43,206 nt of DNA from a virus, in IMG/VR virus record IMGVR_UViG_3300033153_003239, positions 1-43,206 of that record; one strand, given 5' to 3'. Positions 34,450 to 42,999 of the stretch are shown in pieces (the first letter of the stretch is position 1; the number at the start of each line of letters is the position of its first letter). The notes below the pieces were generated by a model that saw only the letters and a program-made list of their open reading frames with translations, was not told the DNA's origin and ran no database searches. The translations under genes were made by a program, and so were the position numbers.

Positions 34450-36244
34450 CTCCTAAGTCTTTTAATTTTGATACCGCTTCATCGATATACCACTGAAAAT
34501 CTAAATCAGCAGGTCTATATTCTGTTAAATCCATCATTGGCTTCACCCCTTTTCCCTCAGCTGTTTTTGGTACGAGGTTCCCATTACTACTGTAAGTAAT
34601 CTTATCACCCTCAGTTGAATAGTACCATCTAACCATCTTTCCTAAATACTCACCCTTATAGACACCACCACTCTTTACAGTTCTAGCAGATACAAATTGA
34701 TTTATATCTTCACATCTTAATATTGTTTCAGCTAGTCTTGTACCGTTAAGTAAATATTCTCTAATAGCTGTATAGACTATCGGGGTTGAACGACCCTTAC
34801 TTAATGTTGTCTCAGCATAGATACCTTTTGACTTAACATAATCATCATAGACAGCAACGTAGTTATTAACATCTTTTGCATGTAAAGCTTCATACTCACC
34901 ATGCTCCATCTCAAAACCAGTTAGAAGCTCCAAGTCAAATACGAGTGTCTCAGCTAAAGCTATCTTATCACGTGGACAGAAATACTCAAGACCATCTGTA
35001 TTTGCACTAACTACCGGTATACCGTTTAGCTCCATATCTTCAATCAACATAAGTAATGTTAATTGACCAGTAATCGTTGTAGCCAACAACATGTTGGGTG
35101 AATAAAGTTTTGAATACTTAGAACCAAACTTACCAAAACTACCATTAATAGTAATTTTAAGTGAGTCGGCTACAAGTTTATTACCTTCAGCTTTTGCTTT
35201 TAGTCTTGTCTCAACTATCCTACGATAAACATCTAAGAACTTTTTACCTAAGTGTTTAGGATAAAGACCTTGATTTAAAATAATAAATGGGTAGTATGAA
35301 GCGAAGTCAGCATTACGCATAACGTTGTTCTCGTCACTAATCACACTAATAGACTTCTCTTGTGAGTGTAACCCACCTATACCCAACTTGTATGTTGTGT
35401 TGCCAATAACTATTTTATGATTAGCTAAAATCTTAGGCATCTTCACAGCACCATTATCAGCTATCTCAAAATTAATATCTTCAAGCAACTCAACTAACTC
35501 GTTAAGCTTTTTATCTTTGAAGTGAATATAATCGGGAGCTTGATAGTGAGCTTTGAAATTAGATGGTAATACAGGTTTCTTAGCTGTTACACCAAACTTT
35601 TTTAACTCAGACACAATGACTGTCTCTGCTATTTGAGCATCAGATTTAGAACGTAGGTCAAGACCGTATTCTTCACCCATACTAACACGCAACTGTATAC
35701 GGTCTTTAATTGCTTCATATAAATCATGTGTAACTTCAACATCATTCTCACAATAATCTCTCAGCCCATCTTTTTGACTTTCATCTATAGCAAGATGTGG
35801 GTCAAGATAAAACTCTTGTAACTTCTTAGACCCAACACGTGTACCATAATTCTTTAGTGAAATCATAACAGCCGGTGAAGGCTCACTAACATCAAAATGG
35901 TCATAACGTCTAGGCTCAATGTCTAGTTTACGATAAGTTAGCCAGTCGGGTTGATTCTTTTCCACTATATCTTTAGAAGCACTATATAGTTGTTGACAGT
36001 TAGCGCCACTTAACGCGTAGTTAATTAGTGGCATGTCATATTTAACAGAGTTAAAACCAAATGATGTGTATTTAGATAACATGTTGTTTAGTTTATTCTT
36101 TTGTTCTCTTGTTAACTTAGTACCAGCTCCGTACATATCCATCTTTAGATATTTGTTGTGCTGTAAACCCTTAATAACAATAAGAAAATAATTAGGGAGA
36201 ACTTCTATATCGAGGCAGATTAATTTATTCATACTCGCCACCAT
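34433..36244 (-). CDS. Family-B DNA polymerase with 3'-5' exonuclease domain
   Basis: ExoI is LDIEV, ExoII NSVKYD, ExoIII YCENDV. Polymerase motif A is DFASYYP, motif B KITINGSFGKFG, motif C SANTDG. Confidence 0.82.
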   Translation of the reverse strand: MVASMNKLICLDIEVLPNYFLIVIKGLQHNKYLKMDMYGAGTKLTREQKNKLNNMLSKYTSFGFNSVKYDMPLINYALSGANCQQLYSASKDIVEKNQPDWLTYRKLDIEPRRYDHFDVSEPSPAVMISLKNYGTRVGSKKLQEFYLDPHLAIDESQKDGLRDYCENDVEVTHDLYEAIKDRIQLRVSMGEEYGLDLRSKSDAQIAETVIVSELKKFGVTAKKPVLPSNFKAHYQAPDYIHFKDKKLNELVELLEDINFEIADNGAVKMPKILANHKIVIGNTTYKLGIGGLHSQEKSISVISDENNVMRNADFASYYPFIILNQGLYPKHLGKKFLDVYRRIVETRLKAKAEGNKLVADSLKITINGSFGKFGSKYSKLYSPNMLLATTITGQLTLLMLIEDMELNGIPVVSANTDGLEYFCPRDKIALAETLVFDLELLTGFEMEHGEYEALHAKDVNNYVAVYDDYVKSKGIYAETTLSKGRSTPIVYTAIREYLLNGTRLAETILRCEDINQFVSARTVKSGGVYKGEYLGKMVRWYYSTEGDKITYSSNGNLVPKTAEGKGVKPMMDLTEYRPADLDFQWYIDEAVSKLKDLGVDYVL

Positions 36245-36455
36245 CCACTAGTTCTATACTGTTGACTATGCAAACTTTAGATACCTCATATTCGTTCCAA
36301 CTCTTACAGATTTTACAATCAGTATAAAATCTATTAACATCTTTAGGTTCTATTATACTAAGTGAACACTCACCATCCTTACTCTGCCATTCAGTCAACT
36401 CTTCACCACACTTTTTGCACGGTGCTTTATACTTTACATAGTCAAACATTCCCAT
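36225..36455 (-). CDS. Zinc-ribbon protein (76 aa)
   Basis: CKKC ... CKIC pairs. Overlaps the polymerase start by 20 nt. Confidence 0.65.
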   Translation of the reverse strand: MGMFDYVKYKAPCKKCGEELTEWQSKDGECSLSIIEPKDVNRFYTDCKICKSWNEYEVSKVCIVNSIELVDGGEYE

Positions 36456-36498
36456 CTTATATCCTTTACGCTATGCGATTTTTCTTTTTATTTAGAGT

Positions 36499-36530
36499 TA
36501 GACTCTATAGTGTTCCCCGTAGGGAACACT
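36499..36530 (-). promoter_or_regulatory. C(UACG)G tetraloop hairpin (9-bp stem) followed by the shared motif CTATAGAGTCTA, just downstream of the SSB gene
   Basis: The minus strand reads AGTGTTCCC-TACG-GGGAACACT then ATAGAGTCTA. The 12-mer is identical to plus-strand 10656-10667. Confidence 0.7.
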
Positions 36531-36535
36531 AAGAA

Positions 36536-37045
36536 TTAATACTCTTCCTCTTCAATTTCATCGAACTCGTCAGCATCGGCAGTTTTACCACCATCACCAA
36601 ACGGCTCACCATCTTTAACGAATTGAATACCAAGTAAGTTTGCATTAACACGTTTACCGTAAGAGTTGTTTTGACCCCACATATCGATAATAGCATTAAC
36701 ATAACAACCAGCATAAACAACTTCATCTTCTTCTACAAGTGGAGTTTTGTCACGATTGATTACAGTTGGACGTTTGTTGTTTCCGGCTTTAACCATCCAC
36801 ATACCTTCACAACCATCATACTCAGACTCATCACCATCTTTAATACATAGTTTGTCAGAAGCAACTTTGATTTTGTTATCTTTTTTACATTGCTCAATAC
36901 CAGCCATAATTGCATCATAAGTTTTTGTGTCAGACTTAGGGAATAATAGAGTTGCCTCATACTTACCTTCTTTACCTTGAAACTCAGCTTTTTGAAATAG
37001 ACTTGGAAAGCTCAGACGAGCGTTTTTGATTTTAATGTTTGCCAT
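36536..37045 (-). CDS. Single-stranded DNA-binding protein, DUF2815-type
   Basis: 169 aa. N-terminus MANIKIKNARLSFPSLF. Acidic C-terminal tail DADEFDEIEEEEY. Lies next to the Cas4-like nuclease gene. Confidence 0.7.
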   Translation of the reverse strand: MANIKIKNARLSFPSLFQKAEFQGKEGKYEATLLFPKSDTKTYDAIMAGIEQCKKDNKIKVASDKLCIKDGDESEYDGCEGMWMVKAGNNKRPTVINRDKTPLVEEDEVVYAGCYVNAIIDMWGQNNSYGKRVNANLLGIQFVKDGEPFGDGGKTADADEFDEIEEEEY

Positions 37046-37113
37046 GATTTTATCCTTATAGCGTTTTATTTTTAGTTTTTAGAAGACATCTCAGTCGGCA
37101 CATGTTGAAGAGG

Positions 37114-37362
37114 TTATTTAGATTTTAACATTTTTTTAACATCTCTAAATCTCTTTTTAGAGATGTTACCTTTAACTTTTGTACTACGAGCAAACTTAGC
37201 AAGTTTTGAATTTCCATCCAAATCAACAGTAGCACCTTTTTCAATATGCTTAATAGCTTCATCATTAGCTTTGCCTTTAGGTATTCTCTTCCAAAAATCA
37301 GACTCCGCTTCAGCAATAGACAATTCATGTAATCTTTTTATTTCACCAGTATCCACATTCAT
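37114..37362 (-). CDS. Hypothetical basic protein (82 aa from MNVDTGE)
   Basis: Track ORF trimmed to an ATG preceded by GAGGAG. Confidence 0.6.
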   Translation of the reverse strand: MNVDTGEIKRLHELSIAEAESDFWKRIPKGKANDEAIKHIEKGATVDLDGNSKLAKFARSTKVKGNISKKRFRDVKKMLKSK

Positions 37363-37363
37363 T

Positions 37364-38485
37364 TTAACACTCCTCAAATTCATCAGCGACTTTTGTTATC
37401 GCCGGTCTTTTATCATCTAATTTTGCAACGACAGGTTTACCTTCAGGTTTAATCAACATCCCTTGAAGCTTCTTATCATCAGGTCTCATTTTTAAAATCT
37501 TAGTCATAGGGATTAACTTCTTAACCCATAGGTCTTCAGCTTTAACTTTACGATTAAGATATTTAGCTACCTCGTCTTCATCAACCCACTTGCGATTAGT
37601 CTTAGCTTCAACTAACTTATAACCATCTATCTCGTTACCCTCTTGTAATAACTCAAGGCTACGAGCTTCTACAGCTTTAATGAAAGCTACGATTAAATCT
37701 TTGTTGTCAAGTATCTTTTTGATATGGTTTGTATCGATTAAGTCAGCTTGACCATCAATATCTTCCAAGTTATCAAACGCGCCTTTAACAGTATTTTCAA
37801 CATGAGACTTTAAAGCTTCACAGTTTGTTTGATGTAAGCACCATTGACAAGCTTTTTGTGTAGGACTAAACTCAGTCTTGCCATCTATAATAGCTTTAGC
37901 TTGACCTTGTGCATACGCTTTGAACTTCATTAAGTCTTCGTAGTGAAGTTCCCATGTGTCAATATGCCCCGCTCTAGTTTGTACGATGTGCAAAGTTATC
38001 ATATCGATATCATAAATATCTTCTAACTCACCAACAGCACCAATCGCATAAAGCATTAGTTGTGTATTGCTCTCAGCTTTAACTGTACCGTGACCAGTTT
38101 TCAAATCCATAACATGAAGATGATTACCATTAAGTACCGTTGCATCAGATGTTCCAAATTGACCCTTAGATATTTCTGATAAATCAAATTGTTCTTCAAT
38201 TAATACAACGCTATTTTTGTCAATAAATGAATTAACATAATCGGCATACTCTTCAGCGCATTGCAACATCTCAGCATCAACTTGAAACGTTACACCCTGT
38301 TCAGTATGCACATCACCAATTTCAATAACTTTATCGTTAAGTAATAACTCACCTAAGAAGTGAACATTTGTACCCCACACAGCGGCAGAACCGCTTTTAT
38401 TCTCATACTTGTCACTAGCTTCCACCGAAGAGGTACAAGTGAGCCATCGAGAAGAACTCGATGGACTTAATCTCGCATGTTTCAT
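37364..38485 (-). CDS. PD-(D/E)XK nuclease, Cas4/RecB-like (DUF2800-type)
   Basis: VMDLKTG, QLMLYA (QxxxY), and four Cys (N-terminal C plus CQWCLHQTNC), as expected for an Fe-S cluster. Confidence 0.78.
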   Translation of the reverse strand: MKHARLSPSSSSRWLTCTSSVEASDKYENKSGSAAVWGTNVHFLGELLLNDKVIEIGDVHTEQGVTFQVDAEMLQCAEEYADYVNSFIDKNSVVLIEEQFDLSEISKGQFGTSDATVLNGNHLHVMDLKTGHGTVKAESNTQLMLYAIGAVGELEDIYDIDMITLHIVQTRAGHIDTWELHYEDLMKFKAYAQGQAKAIIDGKTEFSPTQKACQWCLHQTNCEALKSHVENTVKGAFDNLEDIDGQADLIDTNHIKKILDNKDLIVAFIKAVEARSLELLQEGNEIDGYKLVEAKTNRKWVDEDEVAKYLNRKVKAEDLWVKKLIPMTKILKMRPDDKKLQGMLIKPEGKPVVAKLDDKRPAITKVADEFEEC

Positions 38486-38486
38486 G

Positions 38487-38858
38487 TTACACCACTATAA
38501 CAGTTGCGTCAAACTTACTTAATAACTCAGCAATTTCAAGAGCTTTTTCAGAAGCTTCAGCTCTTTTTTCAGCATCTTTAGCCATTCTCTCTTGAATCTC
38601 TTTTGGCGCTAATTGAAATATTTCAATGTCATTTTTACGTTGTTGCTTAGTAGCTTTTTTAAATCTCTCTAACATATCATCACCTTTTAAATATTTATTT
38701 CTAGCTTTTACAGCTTCTTCTTCAGTAGCCCAATAACCGTTCTTAGCACCATCTTTAATAGTTCCATCTGTTTGAAGATAATCGGTCAGGCTACTAGCAA
38801 CGTTTACGTACCAACCATGTTTATTGTGTTTTGGTAAATCTAATTTAACCTTTTCCAT
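38487..38858 (-). CDS. Hypothetical protein (123 aa)
   Basis: Track ORF with 1-nt spacers. Confidence 0.7.
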   Translation of the reverse strand: MEKVKLDLPKHNKHGWYVNVASSLTDYLQTDGTIKDGAKNGYWATEEEAVKARNKYLKGDDMLERFKKATKQQRKNDIEIFQLAPKEIQERMAKDAEKRAEASEKALEIAELLSKFDATVIVV

Positions 38859-38859
38859 G

Positions 38860-39177
38860 TTACGCTCCTAACTCTTGTAAAGATTTATATAACTTGCCGT
38901 AGTCTTCTTCAGACACTTCAGCTAACTTTGGTGCATAATTGCCAATAGTCTCTTTAACTTTTTCACGGTCAGTTCTAGTAACAGCATTTTTAGCAGATTC
39001 TTTTAAATCTTCCAGCTTAATCTTAGAGCCTGTAGCTTCTTTTTTCTTTGGGGTAGGCTTAGGGTTAGGTTTTTCTTCTTTAGCCTCTGTAGGTGTCTTA
39101 GCTTTACGCTCACCACCTAGTAATGCTAAAACCTCAGCAACTTCTTCTTCGTTCTTTGTATCAAATGTGATTTTCAT
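38860..39177 (-). CDS. Hypothetical Lys/Pro-rich protein (105 aa)
   Basis: Track ORF. AAGGATAAAAAGATG initiation region. Confidence 0.7.
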   Translation of the reverse strand: MKITFDTKNEEEVAEVLALLGGERKAKTPTEAKEEKPNPKPTPKKKEATGSKIKLEDLKESAKNAVTRTDREKVKETIGNYAPKLAEVSEEDYGKLYKSLQELGA

Positions 39178-39236
39178 CTTTTTATCCTTATATTTTTGTG
39201 TGTATTGAAATTGTACTTAAGTTTCCTTAAGTAGTC

Positions 39237-41618
39237 CTAAAGCTCGTCTTCTTCCAAATCGTCAAATTCATCAACGACTTGTTGCTCTTTATCTTGGGTG
39301 TATGTCTTAAGATTTAGAGGGTAATATTTGATTGGCTTACCGTTGACTTTAATTGTCTTGGTTTGACTACCAACAAAATGACCCATCATTTTTTCGCCAT
39401 ATTTACCGTGGTCTAAAGTTGACACCTCTTTGAGTAGGTCTTCAACCATTGCTGTTACATCACCTTTTCGCTTGACGTAATACTCACCTTGTCTAATTAA
39501 AATATCACCTTCATCGGATGCAAGGTGTTTTAAATTAGATATGACTTGTTCAGAAACTCCATAAAGAAATTCATCTAAGTCGTTGTTGAGAGGTAATCTG
39601 TAGCGTGATTGTAAATCGCTAAAGTATTGCTTATCGTACTTATCATCAGTCAAACATCTCTTAAAATGATAACGAAGATAAGAACTGATAACCTCTGTAT
39701 ATAACGCGCTGTCATGTTGGAACACCGGACTGTGAGTAACATGATATGCTGACTCATTTTCCAATAACTCCACTTGTAAGAAACGATTATACAACTCGTC
39801 TGAATTGTTACGTGTAGCTGTTTTATGTGTTGAAGTTAATGCTGTGAAGTGGAGTTTAATCTTTTGTGTACCACCACCCGCACCGAACTCATCAACATAA
39901 AGGTCTTTGTCAAGGTCTTTAATCTCAGCTTCTAAAGCTTTGTTAGCTTCATCGATAAGTAATAAACCGCTGTTTTTAACCCCGTTAACGACTTGTGTAC
40001 CAATACCCTTGTCACCTCTAAGACCGTTAAGTAAACGTGGCATAGTTATCTTTTGAAAACCAAGCATCGTATAAATTTCTGTCTTACCTGTGTTGGAGGG
40101 TGCAACTGTCATTAGTCTGTTAAGCTTTTGTTCTTTGTAACGAATACTTAGAGCTATTAACTCAACAACGTCTTTAGCTTTACCATTCCAAATCTTTTGC
40201 ATGAAGTCATTAATAATTTCTTCGTTATTAATAAACTCTTTAACATTCCAAAAAGGGTCTTTTCTACCTACGAGTAGTGGAAGCTTCTCAACACCCTCAG
40301 CCTCTTCGATGTTGTAAGATATGTCTTCACCAAGCATGTAGTCAGTTGTCATTTCAGTACCGCTGATTACCGTAGGGTTAGACACAATGCTCTTAGCCAT
40401 CTTAGGAGCTATACCCAAGTTGATTAGTGTTGTGGTTGCTGCTCCGCTACCAAGGTCTTCAACTTTTTTCTTACCAATACGGACAACATACTTTGAACCT
40501 TTGAGATAAGCTTTTGCATCAACACCCGCTTGTTCCACCTCTTCTTCAGTGACTTCGTGTTGCAAGTCTTTGCTAAGAGTTCTAGCTTGTACAACTTTAA
40601 CCGTTGGGTCATCTTTTTTAAGCTCTTTCATACGAGAGTTAATCTTAACAGCAAGTTCATCACGCACTTTGTTGTCAAGTTTACCACGGGTATTTAAACG
40701 CGGAGTTGTTGATATGTTCTCAATAATCTTGTCTAACTCATTGGCATTAGCTTTTGATATATCAGTCTCAATATCGTTCACTGAGAGTTCATTGACAATA
40801 CTTCGTAAACGCTTGTAAGTTGTTTGTGTTGGCTTTAAAGCTCCGGAGTTCCATTTTTTAAGAGTAAAATCTTCATCGTATTTTGCAGAAGACCTCTTAG
40901 AAAATTCAATAAAGATTTCTAAACCATCTTCACCAGCTTCATAGCGGTCATAAATACACATACCTACAGCTAACCAAGTGTCGTAGTCTAAACCTTCGGG
41001 TAAAGATTCAAGTAGCGCTTGGAGTTCTTCATCCGGCATTTCTCCAGCTTTGATTGCAACACTTAATCCCATATCATCGTCATAAGGATTATTTGTAGCT
41101 TCAGCGCGTACTCTCATTTTGAACACTTGTTCCATCGTTGGGTCAAACTTGTTAACGTAAAATTCTAAGTCTTCATCAACCCATTTGTAAGAGGCTAACT
41201 CGTCTTGTTTATTTTTAACAGTTGTTCCAACGATAGGTATTACCGATTGATAACCGGCATAAATGTCAACAGCTTTGTAACCGTGATTACCGATTACCAT
41301 TTCGGGATTTGGATTTTCAAAAGCGTAATGCTCACCACCGCTAGGTGTTAAAGCAAAAGGCTGTGGTGTGTAGTCTAAGTTGAGGTCTTCTAACAATCTA
41401 GCAAACTCATTAGTCTCTTCATACTTGTCATTGTCCACAATAATTAAATTTGGTGGAATAATACCAACGTAACCCGTAGCCTTCTCGTTCCAATCTTCAT
41501 TGTCACGGTCAGCATAAGCACCTTCTCTAAACGCATGTTTTTTGTATCGTGCAGATTTTTGTAATACAAACCCTTGTGAATGATACTGTTCATAAGAATT
41601 TTTGAGAGTATTATTCAT
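39237..41618 (-). CDS. Bifunctional primase-polymerase (AEP) fused to an SF3/D5-type helicase
   Basis: AEP motifs VDNDK, SGGEHYAF and VDIYAG. Walker A APSNTGKT, Walker B LLLIDEAN. AAGGAG Shine-Dalgarno. Confidence 0.85.
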   Translation of the reverse strand: MNNTLKNSYEQYHSQGFVLQKSARYKKHAFREGAYADRDNEDWNEKATGYVGIIPPNLIIVDNDKYEETNEFARLLEDLNLDYTPQPFALTPSGGEHYAFENPNPEMVIGNHGYKAVDIYAGYQSVIPIVGTTVKNKQDELASYKWVDEDLEFYVNKFDPTMEQVFKMRVRAEATNNPYDDDMGLSVAIKAGEMPDEELQALLESLPEGLDYDTWLAVGMCIYDRYEAGEDGLEIFIEFSKRSSAKYDEDFTLKKWNSGALKPTQTTYKRLRSIVNELSVNDIETDISKANANELDKIIENISTTPRLNTRGKLDNKVRDELAVKINSRMKELKKDDPTVKVVQARTLSKDLQHEVTEEEVEQAGVDAKAYLKGSKYVVRIGKKKVEDLGSGAATTTLINLGIAPKMAKSIVSNPTVISGTEMTTDYMLGEDISYNIEEAEGVEKLPLLVGRKDPFWNVKEFINNEEIINDFMQKIWNGKAKDVVELIALSIRYKEQKLNRLMTVAPSNTGKTEIYTMLGFQKITMPRLLNGLRGDKGIGTQVVNGVKNSGLLLIDEANKALEAEIKDLDKDLYVDEFGAGGGTQKIKLHFTALTSTHKTATRNNSDELYNRFLQVELLENESAYHVTHSPVFQHDSALYTEVISSYLRYHFKRCLTDDKYDKQYFSDLQSRYRLPLNNDLDEFLYGVSEQVISNLKHLASDEGDILIRQGEYYVKRKGDVTAMVEDLLKEVSTLDHGKYGEKMMGHFVGSQTKTIKVNGKPIKYYPLNLKTYTQDKEQQVVDEFDDLEEDEL

Positions 41619-41651
41619 TTAGTCTCCTTGTGGGTGTAAAATATTAGCCTA

Positions 41652-41768
41652 CAAGTTGAAGATGCTCCCACACTTCTCAACTTGGACTGAATTAACAGTT
41701 ACGGCTAATCGAAGCACCCGCTCGAAAGCGAAGTGCGGTTGAGAAGTATGGGAGCTTCGATTAGTCGT
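41652..41768 (-). promoter_or_regulatory. GC-rich leader upstream of the primase gene, with interleaved inverted repeats and a UUCG hairpin
   Basis: 41664-41681 pairs with 41738-41755 (18 bp). 41701-41715 pairs with 41754-41768 (15 bp). There is a local hairpin at 41652-41684. The hairpin at 41713-41736 has a UUCG loop in the minus orientation. Confidence 0.6.
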
Positions 41769-41807
41769 TCTGATATTAGAATCATAACATAACTTTGGTA
41801 AATAAAA

Positions 41808-42157
41808 GTAGTAACTGGGATTACTACCTCTTCAAACATCGTGAATAAAGGGTCTGTAGAGAATTGTCATTTTTTACGTTACAACTTTTAACTACCCTAA
41901 TACTACCCCACTTACTACCGCTACAGCACCCTAAAACACGAGGTTTAAAGCACATTTTGATTAACGGTAGTAAGGGTAGTAATGCTCTCTATGTTTACTA
42001 AATATCTTTTATTTTTTCCTATATAATTAAAATACTTCTCTTAACACGTATGAGATTACTACCTTACTACCTTTCTCTGTAGCTCCGTGCCTCGTGGAAG
42101 TAGAGCGGTAGTAACGAAGTAGTAAAAAGTAGTAAAAAATAGGGGGTACTTACTACC
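41808..42157. repeat. Field of ~14 copies of the 7-8-mer TTACTACC / GGTAGTAA in both orientations
   Basis: Copies begin at about 41808, 41821, 41890, 41900, 41912, 41966, 41975, 42056, 42064, 42107, 42118, 42128 and 42150. Confidence 0.85.
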
Positions 42158-42163
42158 TTTTGG

Positions 42164-42460
42164 CTAAATGTCCTCCAATTTGTTAATTAATTCAGAAATT
42201 TTGGTTTGTTCGTAATTAAAATCTTCCATTTTAATTTCCTCTTCTGAAACAATTTTGTCTAAATTACTAGAAATTTCATCTAATTCTTTAGAAAACTTAT
42301 AAGCTTTACTGTTCATGTTTGTCACTTCGTTCTCAAGTTCATCAACATATTCAGCTTGTTCTTCTTGAAGTTCTGCTATTTCAGCAGTAGTTAATACAAC
42401 CAATTTACCACTTGTAAAGTAACAGTTATATATCTCATTTCCTTGATAATGTTTAGTCAT
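42164..42460 (-). CDS. Hypothetical coiled-coil protein (98 aa)
   Basis: Track ORF. Start overlaps the upstream stop. Confidence 0.65.
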   Translation of the reverse strand: MTKHYQGNEIYNCYFTSGKLVVLTTAEIAELQEEQAEYVDELENEVTNMNSKAYKFSKELDEISSNLDKIVSEEEIKMEDFNYEQTKISELINKLEDI

Positions 42461-42999
42461 TACTTATCCTTTTCATCATACGCTTCAACTAAATTAGAAT
42501 GTGTAGATAGTACAAAGTTTTTCCATCTAGTCCACCACTCTAAAGCACCAGAGTCCATATTTCTAATATCCTCATCTGTAAAACTAGCCCACGTCTCAGG
42601 TGAATGTTTTTGACAACCAATTTTTATTAAATCACTCATAAAATAAAGTTGGTATCTATCTTGGATAAACGATAAAGAGAATTTAGTTTTAAGACCTAAT
42701 ATTTCAATTTCGCCCTCAACTCTTTGGTCGCCCTCAACTCTTTGGTAGCCCTCAACTATTTGGTCGCCCTCAACTATTTGGTCGCCCTCAACTCTTTGGT
42801 AGCCCTTAACTATTTGGTCGCCCTCAACTATTTGGTCGCCCTCAACTCTTTGGTCGCCCTTAACTATTTGGTCGCCCTTAACTATTTGGTCGCCCTCAAC
42901 TCTTTGGTAGCCCTTAACTATTTGGTCGCCCTCAACTATTTGGTCGCCCTTAACTATTTGGTAGCCCTTAACTCTTTGGTACTCTTTGGTAGCCCTCAA
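42460..42999 (-). CDS. 3' part of the hexapeptide-repeat protein gene: repeats plus a unique ~80-aa C-terminal domain. No ATG start (TTG in the track). Probably the frameshifted continuation of the ORF ending at 42968.
   Basis: Track ORF. About 14 hexads, then EIEILGLKTKFSLSFIQDRYQLYFMSDLIKIGCQKHSPETWASFTDEDIRNMDSGALEWWTRWKNFVLSTHSNLVEAYDEKDK. Confidence 0.65.
   Translation of the reverse strand: MRATKEYQRVKGYQIVKGDQIVEGDQIVKGYQRVEGDQIVKGDQIVKGDQRVEGDQIVEGDQIVKGYQRVEGDQIVEGDQIVEGYQRVEGDQRVEGEIEILGLKTKFSLSFIQDRYQLYFMSDLIKIGCQKHSPETWASFTDEDIRNMDSGALEWWTRWKNFVLSTHSNLVEAYDEKDK

Noticed and set aside
36529-36960. Same-strand alternate-frame ORFs 36529..36726 and 36760..36960 (and 37125..37328, 40424..40612)
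   Set aside because: They are embedded in the SSB, basic-protein and primase ORFs in other frames, with no independent start signals.
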